Source of the DNA: Callorhinchus milii
Taxonomy: Eukaryota
Direction: 5' to 3'
NCBI RefSeq assembly: GCF_018977255.1
Contig: NW_024704743.1
Coordinates: 35,900,001 to 35,964,000 of the forward strand
Length of the DNA: 64,000 nucleotides
In this document: piece after piece, positions 1 through 11,200 of the stretch
How the letters are laid out: each line of letters opens with the position of its first letter
Position numbering within the stretch: position 1 is the stretch's first letter
Position numbers and translations under genes: made by a program
The notes under the pieces: generated by a model
Seen by the model: the letters and a program-made list of their open reading frames with translations, nothing else
Database searches by the model: none
What the model was told of the DNA's origin: nothing

Positions 1-387
1 CGGTGGGTGACACCCGGAGACCCGGTGGGTGACACCCGGAGACCCGGTGGGTGACACCCGGAGACCCGGTGGGTGACACCCGGAGACCCGGTGGGTGACA
101 CCCGGAGACCCGGTGGGTGACACCCGGAGACCCGGTGGGTGACACCCGGAGACCCGGTGGGTGACACCCGGAGACCCGGTGGGTGACACCCGGAGACCCG
201 GTGGGTGACACCCGGAGACCCGGTGGGTGACACCCGGAGACCCGGTGGGTGACACCCGGAGACCCGGTGGGTGACACCCGGAGACCCGGTGGGTGACACC
301 CGGAGACCCGGTGGGTGACACCCGGAGACCCGGTGGGTGACACCCGGAGACCCGGTGGGTGACACCCGGAGACCCGGTGGGTGACAC
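1..387. repeat. Perfect 22-bp minisatellite (CGGTGGGTGACACCCGGAGACC)n, at least 17.6 copies, in UBA5 intron 1; runs off the window edge
   Basis: Identical units read directly, with no spacers; ends 11 bp from the UBA5 exon-1 boundary. Confidence 0.97.
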
Positions 388-398
388 AGAAACATCAC

Positions 399-573
399 CT
401 GTAAGGATTGGAATCCACCACCTCGGAGCTCATCTTGTGTATGAGGTGCCGCTGGGGCGGGATGGCGGGGGCCGGGGGGGGGGGGTGGGGGCCGCTGCCC
501 CTCTGGCCCTTTCTTTTGCGAGTTCATCCTCCAAACACTGGATTCTCGCCAGCAGGTCTTGCCGGGTTGCCAT
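399..573 (-). CDS. UBA5: UBA5 (UFM1-activating E1 enzyme) coding exon 1, apparent 1-nt frameshift in the G12 run at 474-485
   Basis: ATG at 573 gives MATRQDLLARIQCLEDELAKER (cf. human MAESVERLQQRVQELERELAQER). With one extra base it continues ...QRHLIHKMSSEVVDSNPY, the UBA5 signature KMSSEVVDSNPYS, then a phase-2 GT donor at 398-397. Head-to-head with ACAD11 as in mammals. Confidence 0.88.
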
Positions 574-634
574 GGCTGCCGGGGGTCGGGTTGCCATGGC
601 TGCCGGGGGTCGGGTTGCCATGGCTGCCGGGGGC
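563..634 (-). repeat. 3 x 24-bp tandem repeat containing the UBA5 start codon (in-frame MATRPPAA units)
   Basis: Units at 563-586, 587-610 and 611-634 (CGGGTTGCCATGGCTGCCGGGGGT); minus-strand ATGs at 573, 597 and 621. Confidence 0.92.
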
Positions 635-2121
635 CGGGGGGGCCGGGGGGGGGGGGGGGGGGGGGGAAGCGGCCGCTGTGCCCTCACGTCTCAAATCCAC
701 GTCTGCAACAGCCCCGCGTGTCACACCATCAGCCGTCCCCCCGTCCGTCCGTCCCCTCTAACCCAACCCCGACAAACAGCAACCCGGCACCGGGGTTCCG
801 CCCCTCTCTCTCTCTCTCCCTTCCCCTTCCCCCTCCCACAGCACTGAGTGCAGTAAAACAGGAGTATAATCCAGATCTCCCTCTCTCTCTCTCCTCCCTC
901 TCTATGGCGCCTTTCACACTGGGAGGTCGCTGGATGGTCAAGTGTCAGCTCCCGAACTGGGGGTTGGGAGCCCAGGGGTGGGGTGGGGAGGGTGTGAGGG
1001 GTGAGGGGGAAGATGGCAGAAAGCGCGATCAAAGAGGAAGGTTTTCAGATGGACCTTGAAGGAGGGGAGGTGGGGGGTGGGGGGGGTGTTGGAGGGAGAG
1101 AGGGAGGGAGGGAGGGAGCGGGTTGAAGGGTGGCCCTGGATGGACCTCCATTACGGGGGCAGATACCCTGAAAGCCTGACCACCGCTGATGCGGCGGGTG
1201 GGGTTGGGGGGGGGGGCGGCGGACGGGACATGAAGCAGAGGTGGCTCCCGACGAGTGGAGGGAGCGGGCGGGCGGGCGGGCGAGTTGGGAGGGTGAAAAG
1301 TTATGTAATGAAAGACGATGGAATAGAATGATACAGAACACAAGGCGATTTTAAGAGAGCCTGAAGGTTAAAGCTGGTCCAGCAATTACGCTTCCAATTC
1401 ATAAGAGTCTATAAAACGATACGGATACCGTACTCACAGTCGCTAAACTTTTGTTGTGTAAAATTACAAATTCGAAATAAATATTATAGCATTTATAATA
1501 ATGGCATTCTCTCCATCTGCGACCAGGACTCTCTCTGCCCCTCCTTTGACACTATCAACCACTCTATTCTCTTCCCCCTCTTTTTCTGCATTGTTTTTTT
1601 TCAGTGCCGGTAAATGCCAGTAATTATTATGGCATCGTAATTATTGCATGCTCCCTTTACAGTATGATTTGTTTATTCAAATTGGCTGCTGCGTTTCGCC
1701 CTCAAAATACACAGTCAATTCATTTTACAGTATATTCTGCGAAGCGCTTTGAGACGTATGAATCACGTGATAAGGCGCTATATCAAATACAAGGATTATT
1801 ATTATCCAACCTAATGTTACTTTTGCAACTATTTACATACGGTTATAGAGTAACAACAACTGCTTGCATTTCTATAGCGCCCTACACTCGGGGAAACATC
1901 TCGGGAGCGCTTGAATATGGCACGGAAACAGACCATTTGGCTTGACCAGTCTGTTGGTGTTTATACTCCACACCAACACCCCCATCCCTTATACCCCCTC
2001 TCCTACACCGTTTGTTGTGGAGCTGCTTTAAGCCATTTAAGTCAGACCTGGAGCACTCTGCCTCCAGGATTGTTCAGTGTCTGACTCAGCAGAGTCCAGA
2101 CTGGGAGGTGTGTGTCAGGTC
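635..2121. promoter_or_regulatory. Putative bidirectional promoter region between UBA5 and ACAD11; CpG-rich on the UBA5 side
   Basis: Divergent start codons about 1.5 kb apart; GC/CpG-rich 400-1300. Contains an L2 3' fragment (~900-1200, minus) and SINE/L2 tails (~1680-1920). Confidence 0.6.
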
Positions 2122-2249
2122 ATGGCTGACACTGTCCCAGTGCGGGGTAATCAGGCCTTTAACCAGCAGGCTCTGGAGGCAGTGTTAGCCGCCAGGATCC
2201 CAGGCTTCACCCACGAGCCGCAGCCATGTCTGACGGTCAGTCAGTACAG
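2122..2249 (+). CDS. ACAD11: ACAD11 exon 1
   Basis: [42 protein letters not shown], donor AG|GTAAC, phase 2. Confidence 0.88.
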
Positions 2250-5200
2250 GTAACAGCCCGCACGGCCACAGCTCCTGTCAGTAACATGGGGCGGCGATAG
2301 GCCCACCCAGAGCAGGTCTGCAACCAGCTCCCAGCCCAACACAGGCCAGTGACGGGGAGAGAGAGGGAGACACAGACACACTGACTGCAGGTCGAGGCTG
2401 CAGTAATCTGTGAGGTGTCGGGTTTGTTCGGAATTAATCTGCAGCAGCAGCGAGTCGGCTGTTTGCGAGTCAGAGAGCAGGCAACACCCCCCCCACCCCG
2501 GCAGCCACCCCTCCCCTCTCCCCGGCAGCCACCCCCCTCCCCCACCCCCCCCCAGCAGCCATCCCCCCCCCACCCCCCCCGGCAGCCACCCCCCTCCCTC
2601 CCCCCAGCAGCCACCCCCCTCCCTCCCCCCAGCAGCCACCCCTCCCCTCTCCCCGGCAGCCACCTACCCCCCCGGCAGCCACCCCTCCCTCCCCCAGGCA
2701 GCCACCCCTCCCTCTCCCCGGCAACCACTCCCCCCCCCCCGGCAGCCACCCCTCCCCTCTCCCCGGCAGCCACCCGCCCCCCCCCCCGGCAGCCCCCCCC
2801 CTCCCCCATCCTAACAGCCATCCCCCCCCCACCACAGCAGCCACCCCCCCCCCCCTCCCTGGCAACCACCCCCCTCCCTCCCCCCAGCAGCCACCCCCTC
2901 CCCCTCTCCCTGGCAGCCACCCCCCCCCCCAGCAGCAGCCACCCTCCCTCCCCCAGCAGCCACCCCCCCTTCCGCCCCCCCCCAGCAGCCACCCACCTCC
3001 CTCCCCCCTAGCAACCCCCTCCGCCCCCCCCCCGGCAGCCGCCCCCCTCCCCCCCCCTAGCAGCCGCCCCCCTCCCCTCCCTCCCTGCAACCCCCGCCCC
3101 CCAGCAGCCACCCCCTTCCCCCCCCCGCCCCAGCAGCCACCCCCCCCCCCCCCGGCAGCCACCCCCCTCCCTCCCTCCTGGCAGCCACCCCCTCCCTCCC
3201 CCCGGCAGCCACCACTCTCCCCCCCCCACCCGGCAGCCACCCACTCCCCCCCCCCGGCAGCCACCCCACTCCCCCCCCCGGCAGCCACCCCCCTCCCCCC
3301 CCTCCCTTGGCAGCCACCCCACTCCCTCCCCCCGGCAGCCACCCCCCTCCCCCCCCCTTGGCAACCACCCCCACCCCCTCCACCCCCCTGGCAGCCACCC
3401 CCTCCCTCCCCCCTGGAAGCCACCCCCTCCCCCCTCCCTTGGCAGCCACCCCCGCCCCCTCCACCCCTCCCTGGCAGCCACCCCCCTCCCTCCCCTGGCA
3501 GCCATCCCCCTCCCCCCCCCTGGCAGCCATCCCCCTTCCCCCCTCCCTGGCAGCCATCCCCCTCCTCCCTCCCTGGCAGCCATCCCCCTCCCCCCCTCCC
3601 TGGCAGCCATCCCCCTCCCCCCCTCCCTGGCAGCCATCCCCCTCCTCCCTCCCTGGCAGCCATCCCCCTCCTCCCTCCCTGGCAGCCCCCCCTCCCTCCC
3701 CCCTGGCAGCCATCCCCCTCCCCCCTCCCTGGCAGCCATCCCCATCCCCCCTCCCTGGCAACCCCCCCCACCCCCCCCCCGGCAGCTGGTCACTTGTGGG
3801 ACTCGCTGGCACATCCCACGCTGTCCCAATGCGCTACTTGCACCGTAACCAGAGCACCAGGCAATGCAAGCGCTGTATCTTCTCTGGTGCGTGACTCCCA
3901 GTTTTATTACATACAGCAGTGACGCCTTCTCTCCTGGCAAGTGCCCCGGTTACTCCTGCGACACAGAAATACAACTGATCCCAAACAAAATCGAAGGCAT
4001 CATTTTTCAGCCTGGCTCAGCTGATAGGATTCTTGCCTCTGAGTCAGAAATTTAGGGGTTTAAGCCCTGCATCAGGACTTTGAGCTCATTGTATAAGCTA
4101 AGCTGGAACTCTAATGCAGTGCTGGGGGAGCAATGAGTTGTTGGTGGTGCCATCCTTTAGATGAGATGTTAAACCGTGGCCCCATCTGCCTGTTCGGGTG
4201 AACGTTAAAGATCCCACGCACTTTGAAAACGTCAAGGAAGTTTCTCCTGGTGTCCTGGCCAACAACCGCCCCCCAGATAAAATTGGTCACTTGCTCCATG
4301 ACTGCTTGTGGGACACTGCTGTGCGCATGTGGCTGCTGCTTCACCCATAAAAAACACAGGCAATCCACTTTACAGTATATTCTATGAAGCACATGATAAG
4401 GCGCTATATCGAATGCAAGAATTATTATTATATAAAATGCCCTGAGGACAAACTTTCATTTTGGGAATCTGATATTTCCGTTGTAAGAAAGCATGCAGTA
4501 ATTAACCTCTTTAATTCCCTCTGGTATTCACTAAAAGTGGTGAATATTTGAACTTTTGATAATTTACAGTACTTTTAAAATGACAGAGTAATTAGTAGGC
4601 ACCGTGCTAATGTTTTCATCTCTATGCTTCTGTGGTGAAGGGTTGTCAAATTGTTTACTATTGTGTTTTACCGTAGGTTTGGCCAATCAAACCCAACCTA
4701 CCACCTACAGAAGGGGAACAGAGAGTACGTGTTGAGGAAGACTCCCCCTGGACCACTCTTATTAGGAGCTCATATGGTAATCTGATAACCCAGTGGAAGG
4801 GAATTGCGCTGTTGGATGACTGTAGCATCCTCATTGAATAGACAATATTATATAATGTGATGTGCAGTGGACAGGATAATTGATAATGAAACTACTATGT
4901 TCACATATCGCCTGACATAACGCCTGATCACATTCTGTAGCGCAGAAAGAGGCCATTTGGCCCAAAGTGCCTGTGATCTCCATGAACTCCTCCCCAGCTC
5001 CACCTTCCACAAAGTCCAATCGATTCAGAGTTATGGCTTCTGTTTTCACCACCATTTAATGGCGCATTCCACGTCCTGTGTAAAAGAAAATTTCCTAACC
5101 TCTCCTTTAGTTGCGATCTCATCTTTAGTCACAAGCTTCTACAGAAAGGATTTTACTTGTATTTTTAAAATACAATAAACCCCTGCCTTGTTGAAAAATG

Positions 5201-8200
5201 CCAGTAAATGCTGGTACCGGCATTGTAATTACACTTAGCTGGAATTCTAATTCACTGGACTGGATTTCCCCCTGAGTTTATTTGTAAACCACATGGGATA
5301 ACATGGATGAGGGACTTTAGTTATGTGGAGAGACTAGAGAAGCTGGAATTATTTTCCTTAGAGCAAAGAAGGTTAAGGAGACTTTAATAGAGGCATTCAA
5401 AATTATGAGGGGTTTTGATAGAGTAGATGGGGAGAATCTGTTTCCACTGGCAGATTGGTTGGTAACCAGGGGACATAGATTTAAGATAATTGTCAAAAGA
5501 ACCAGAGGGGAGACAAGGAGAATTTTTTGTTACGCAGAGAGTTGTTACAGTCTGGAATGCACTGCCTGAAACGGTGGTGGAAACAGATTCAATAACAACT
5601 TTCCAAAAGGGAATTAGATAGGTACTTGAAAAGGAAAAATTTGCAAGGGTATGGGGAAAGAGCAGGGGAGTGGGACTAATTGGGTAGCTTTTCCAAAGAG
5701 CCACCCAGGCACGATGGGCCGAATTACCTCCTTCTGTGCTGTAATATTCTATGATTCTAAGACACAAGACTAGATGAGGTTAAAAAAAGAAAAGCACGAG
5801 AGAGAGCGAGAGAGGACACAACAGGATGCACCCCACCTCACTTGCTCTGCCATGAAGTGTTAGAACATGGAAGTTAACTGAGTAGTGGCTCTACTACCAA
5901 AGTTAGCAGACCTTTAAATAACAATGATCATAAATGTTTACGTGAAGTTCAATAGACTATAGATTAGCAGACATTATTTGATTCATGTAAACAGGGAGTG
6001 CAAAATAGCTCTTGCAACTTATGTTTCAATGTTCCCAGTCAGTGCAGGTAAATGGTTCCAGAATTTCAGATCAAATATGGGATATTTGAAATTTGATAAT
6101 ATGTGAAAAATATTGGTGTTTCACAGCTGATTTAATAAACATATTCAATCATTATTAAATTTTCCACTGTTAAATGCTTCAAGCTGCTACTCTTGTGTGA
6201 AGGGCACTATATAAATGCAAAATGTTGTTTTTTGTATTTTTGAATCTATGAAGCATTGCATTTTTCATCCCTATGTCAAGAGGCAGTCTGCTAATAAGTG
6301 GCACTCATTGTACAACAACAACAGCTTGCATTTATATAGCGCCCTTCACGCCGGACAGCATCTTGGCGGGCTTTCTGTGCTTCAGGTGTAGGATGTTGAA
6401 GCAGGAACTCAACATGTTTTGTGTTTAGGTGGACAGAGAACATAGGGTTCAAAAGGCATTATTTGTGGCGGGATTTCCTGTCCCGAAGCCCTTGCTCTTC
6501 GTTGATGATGATTCTATTATCGGCACCAACTTCTATGTGATGGAGCATGTGCAGGTGTGGAGTGTGTGTTTTGTTACCTTTTTGATGTTGTAAAGTTTAT
6601 TTTATATAACAGTTTCCTGCGTATGTTTGCAAATCGTGTAAGCAGAGTAAATCAACCAAATACAATCCTATGTAGATCAGAAAGTTTTTTCCTTAAATTT
6701 GAAGGCAAGACTCCATTTTTATGGTACTTTTTTCTCTCCTCCTTTATTTTCTGAACCTGGCCAGTGGTGTTAACAGGCTATTTAACCATGGAGAGCATCA
6801 CAACTGAGTATGATGCCCACACTCTTGCATCTTCCAGCAGGAGTTACTGGAGAGCGATTAGTGGGAACCTTGGCTGTTTTTTCCCTAACCTGAGGTCAGA
6901 GGCTAATTGGCTATTTGTGGAGTCCCGTAGCGTAGTGGTGGCAAGCGACAGGATCCAGGTTGGTTCTTGGGCGGGGAGAAACCTTGGGCAAGTTTTCTAA
7001 CTTCACACGCCTCTGTTTACCTAGCAGTGAGTAGGAACCCAGTCGTTAGTTAGTTGGCAGATCGCTTTCCGGTGGTAATAATCCCTCAAAAACAAATTGT
7101 CATTCAATCCAGGACTGTGGGACACTGCTGTGCACAATTGGCTGCCGCTTTTTGCCCACGTCAATCCACTTTACAATATATTCTGTTAAGCGCTTTCAGA
7201 TGTCTCAACAATGTGATGAGGCGCTATATCAAATGCAAGGATTATTGTTATTATTATTATTAATTGTAATGCCCCCAAAACTGCCACAGCTGAGGAAAGT
7301 AAACTCAGCACAGTTGGAGATGAAATCTGAAGCCTTCCCCTCCTGCCAGGATTGGCCTTGGTTCCTTTGCCCTCCAAGGTAGAAAAGTGTGTTATGCACC
7401 TTTTGGGATCACATGTGAAGACTGGCCACTCAAGTGATGTACAAGCGAGCGGGCAGCACCAGTCTGAGCTGGTGCCTTCAGGAGAAGAGGAGGGCATAAA
7501 ATAAAAATTAATAACAGCACACGTCATTCGGCTATATCATGTATAGCGGATCTTGGTACTGACCATTGAGCGTCTCTCTATAAACAGATAATAAAATGGG
7601 TGATATTTACCTCTCGTGAGCAGCCACCACAGTATACATCAATACCATATTTTTCGCCAAAAACAGTCGCATTAAACCATCATCCGGGTAAACTAACAAC
7701 AATGACCCTGCAAAAATAAGCAATTGGGCATGAAACCTCATTTTTGTGGTCTCTATTCACAACCCGGCCCCTTTAATAAAAACAGCAGAATTAACCGCTC
7801 TCGTAAAGTTACCATTGTTTTTGCTCCTGTCTGTTTGTGATCTAGGGCCGGATATTTCGAGACATGAGTCTGCCAGGAGTGAGGCCAGCGGAACGTGCTG
7901 CTCTGTATGTTGCCATGATCGAGACGCTTGCAAGACTGCACAGTGCTGACTGGAGAGCCTTGGGCTTGCAGGGTTATGGGAAGGATCGTGGTTACTGCAA
8001 GAGACAGGTTCAGTTTTCAGTGGAGATTGTTATTTAGCTGTTAAATGCCCATCACTCTGAAGAGCTGCCCTCATACACATATTTTTTTCCCTGTCACTTT
8101 TGCTAATTTTACATTCAGTCAAGTATTTGGGTCTAAATTGTGACACTTGATTAACTTGATTCCATAATAAGGAGTCAAGGAATCCGACAATAATATCTTC

Positions 8201-11200
8201 CATTGACAATAAGTAATGGAGTCTTCCCTCCGTGAATTCAGGTCTTAACATGGACAAAACAGTACAAGGCTGCCGCAACGTCCAACATTCCCGCCATGAA
8301 CCAGTTATCCGAATGGCTGCTCAGTAATTTACCGGATAATGATCAGGAAGGAACTTTAGTCCATGGTGATTTCCGTCTGGAAAATATAATCTTTCACCCC
8401 ACTGAGGTAGGTGGACATGTACATGTCTCTGTGTGTCCTGCAGTAGATGATGAATCTGTGACTGAAAGGTCTCTCTGTTGAAGCCCCCTTTGCCACTCAG
8501 CTGATCAGCGTTGTCTGCATCCTGTGCTGGTGTCAAGCCACTGGATGAACAGTGCCACAAACACAGAATTATCCTTCAAATGATGGTTTCAAAACCTCTG
8601 TTTCATTAAAAGGGAAAATCCTGTAAAAGCAAGAACCCTTTGTAATGCTATATTATATTGAAATGCAGCAAATTGGTTTATTAGTAATTAATGTCTTGTT
8701 ATGGCTTTTTTTGCACACAGATGTGGTGCCCATTTTGCATGCAGCAGGAAGTCATGTTTGGAATGACTCACAAAAATGAAAGAATTAGTTCAGTGGAATT
8801 GCTTATTAATAATATGAGTGCTCTTTAGGTCTTAGTTTGGACTGTTTTATAACAAAACAAAAACATGTTTTGCGATCCCTAGGCTCGGGTCCTGGCTGTG
8901 CTGGACTGGGAACTGTCAACCATTGGACATCCCATAGCAGACCTGGCCTACACCTGCTTGCCTTTCTATTGGCCCAAGGAAGTCCTCTTTATTGGACCGA
9001 ACTGCAATTCAAATATTCAGGGGGTTGAAGGTGAGTTGTTAATGTTGTGGTTCTCCTGGCACGAGATTGCTGAATGCTGGCTGAATGATAAATGAATATT
9101 GAGTCTGATTATTAATAATCCTTACATTTAATATAGAATTTTATCATGTTGAAATGTCTCAAGTCGCTTCACAGATTTTTCTGTAAGGTGCAGTGACTTG
9201 CAGTGCAGTATTCGTAGGTGAATTCAGAAGCACAACAATGTCCCACAAACAACCATGAAGTGAATGACCAATTTTTTGAAAATCTGAGGTCTTGATGGCC
9301 AGGATACTGGGAGGGACTCCCTTCTCTTCCAATAGCGCCATGGACTCTTTAAAGTCCATTTCAAAAGGCAGACAGGATCTCGGTTTAATGTTTCATCTGA
9401 AGCATGTCACCTCGGATAATGCAGTGCTCCCCTAGCGATCCCCTGGAGTGTCCTAGATTGTGTGAGCTCACAATCTTGACGTAAGGCTTGAAACCACGTG
9501 GGGTTTAAAGTTAGGGCCTCAAGGTCTAGAATGACTTGTGCTGAATCTTCAGTATGGGCTGGGCTAGAGGTGCTTGCAAACTGTCAGCCATAGTGAAAAA
9601 TGATCTTAGCTGATTTGTCCGTACCCCTCCCAGAAATGAGAATTCAGTATGTAGAGAATGACAGACTCAGCTGGTGTGAAACAGTTGCAGACTGTCCTGT
9701 CTCTACTGTCCGGTCTCCTGATGAAGGTGGCCATGTGCTGCTTCTTTCAATCCAAATAAATGAGCTCTTCTGAGAGACTATCCAGTGAGTGATTTTTTTG
9801 TTCAGCCGAGTGGGTGACACGTGGAAACCCATCGCCATGCTTAAAAATGACACAGGAAACATAGAAAATGGAGGCAGAAGGAGGTTCTTCGGCCCATCAA
9901 GCCTGCTTCACCAGATCTGGGTAGATTTTTTAATCTCAGTGTAATGTTTTATAACAGACGAGGAAGCAGATTCCTTAGTGATATAATCTGTTATGAAACA
10001 TTGCATATTTACCCCAATTGACCAACACAGTGATTTGGCAAAATGTCTTCTAGTTCAGCTTTCTGCAGAGCCTTGAGTGTCTCGAAAGGATTATTTACTA
10101 ACATTTCCCACCATCACCACCCACTTGTCTTTATTTCCTAGGAATTCCATCTTGTGAAGAATTGCTCTCTATTTACTGCCGATGTAGAAGTCTTCCTGTC
10201 TTACTACCGAACTGGAACTTCTTCCTGGCCTTATCCTCATTTAAGTTGGCCTCCATAATTCAGGTAATACTTCACTTGTACAGTACAGTATAATAATATT
10301 AGTATCACTATGAGTCCACAGAGAAGTATTATTTACTGAATTTATTGCAAATGAGTTGGCAGCAACGTAAAACCCTTCCAATTACAGTTGTAATCTAGGA
10401 CTGATTGTGACCGTGAGTTTAAGTACAACCAGCTGTTACCTGGTCTGCGCTTTGGAGATGACAGTAAATTTGCAGTACAGAACATTTTGTCTTAAGGTAT
10501 TTTCTTCCCTTCCTCTCTGCAGCATCTCTGCTTAAGGGAATGGACAGCAAGGTGGGAGGACATTCGGCCATTGCCTGCTCCTCCAGTCTAATCCTCCCCC
10601 TTTCCCGTGCACTTGTATATTGTTTCTCTTCAGAATCGTAAGGGATTCAAGTGGGGGTCTCTTCCTGGTAACAAATGACGTAACACTGCCCTGTGGAAAT
10701 GCAGTTTCCGAAGGTGGGCAAGACATAATTCCTTATTGATGCAATACTGTGAAACAGCTGAATCAGACCCCATTTCTTCATCAAGGCTTGTGTCTTATTG
10801 GGAGACTGCTCTTGTTTAAGATAGAGTTCTGTTTGGAGGAATATTGACACTTTAAGCTGCTGTACTTTGGGTCCTCCAGGGGGTGTATGCTCGATCCATA
10901 CTTGGAAATGCCACTGCTGACAATGCACACGAGTTCAAAGACAGTGTGAAGCCTCTGGCACAGACTGGATTGCTGCTCTCCAAAGGGTAAGAGTGTTACC
11001 CCCTTCCTCCCTTTTACATTAAGAGAATCTATGTACCACCAGATTATGCATGGAAATTCATAGAACTCAAGAGGTAAACATATAATTCTAGTGCACAAAA
11101 GGGCAGTTTCCAGTTCTCCTATTTTATTTTTATTAGAAAATAATTTTTCTCTCCTTCCCCGTGCGGTGCACCATTCCTTGGCTGGATGACCCCCATCAAT

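Noticed and set aside
1..387. CRISPR-like array of palindromic repeats
   Set aside because: Units are contiguous with no unique spacers, there are no cas genes, and the context is a eukaryotic intron.
359..1343. GC-rich ORFs around the UBA5 promoter
   Set aside because: Stop-poor low-complexity sequence; only the UBA5 exon-1 reading has homology support.
2237..3940. Long Gly-rich and Pro-rich ORFs (up to 433 aa)
   Set aside because: Translations of the C-rich minisatellite, open in most frames on both strands.
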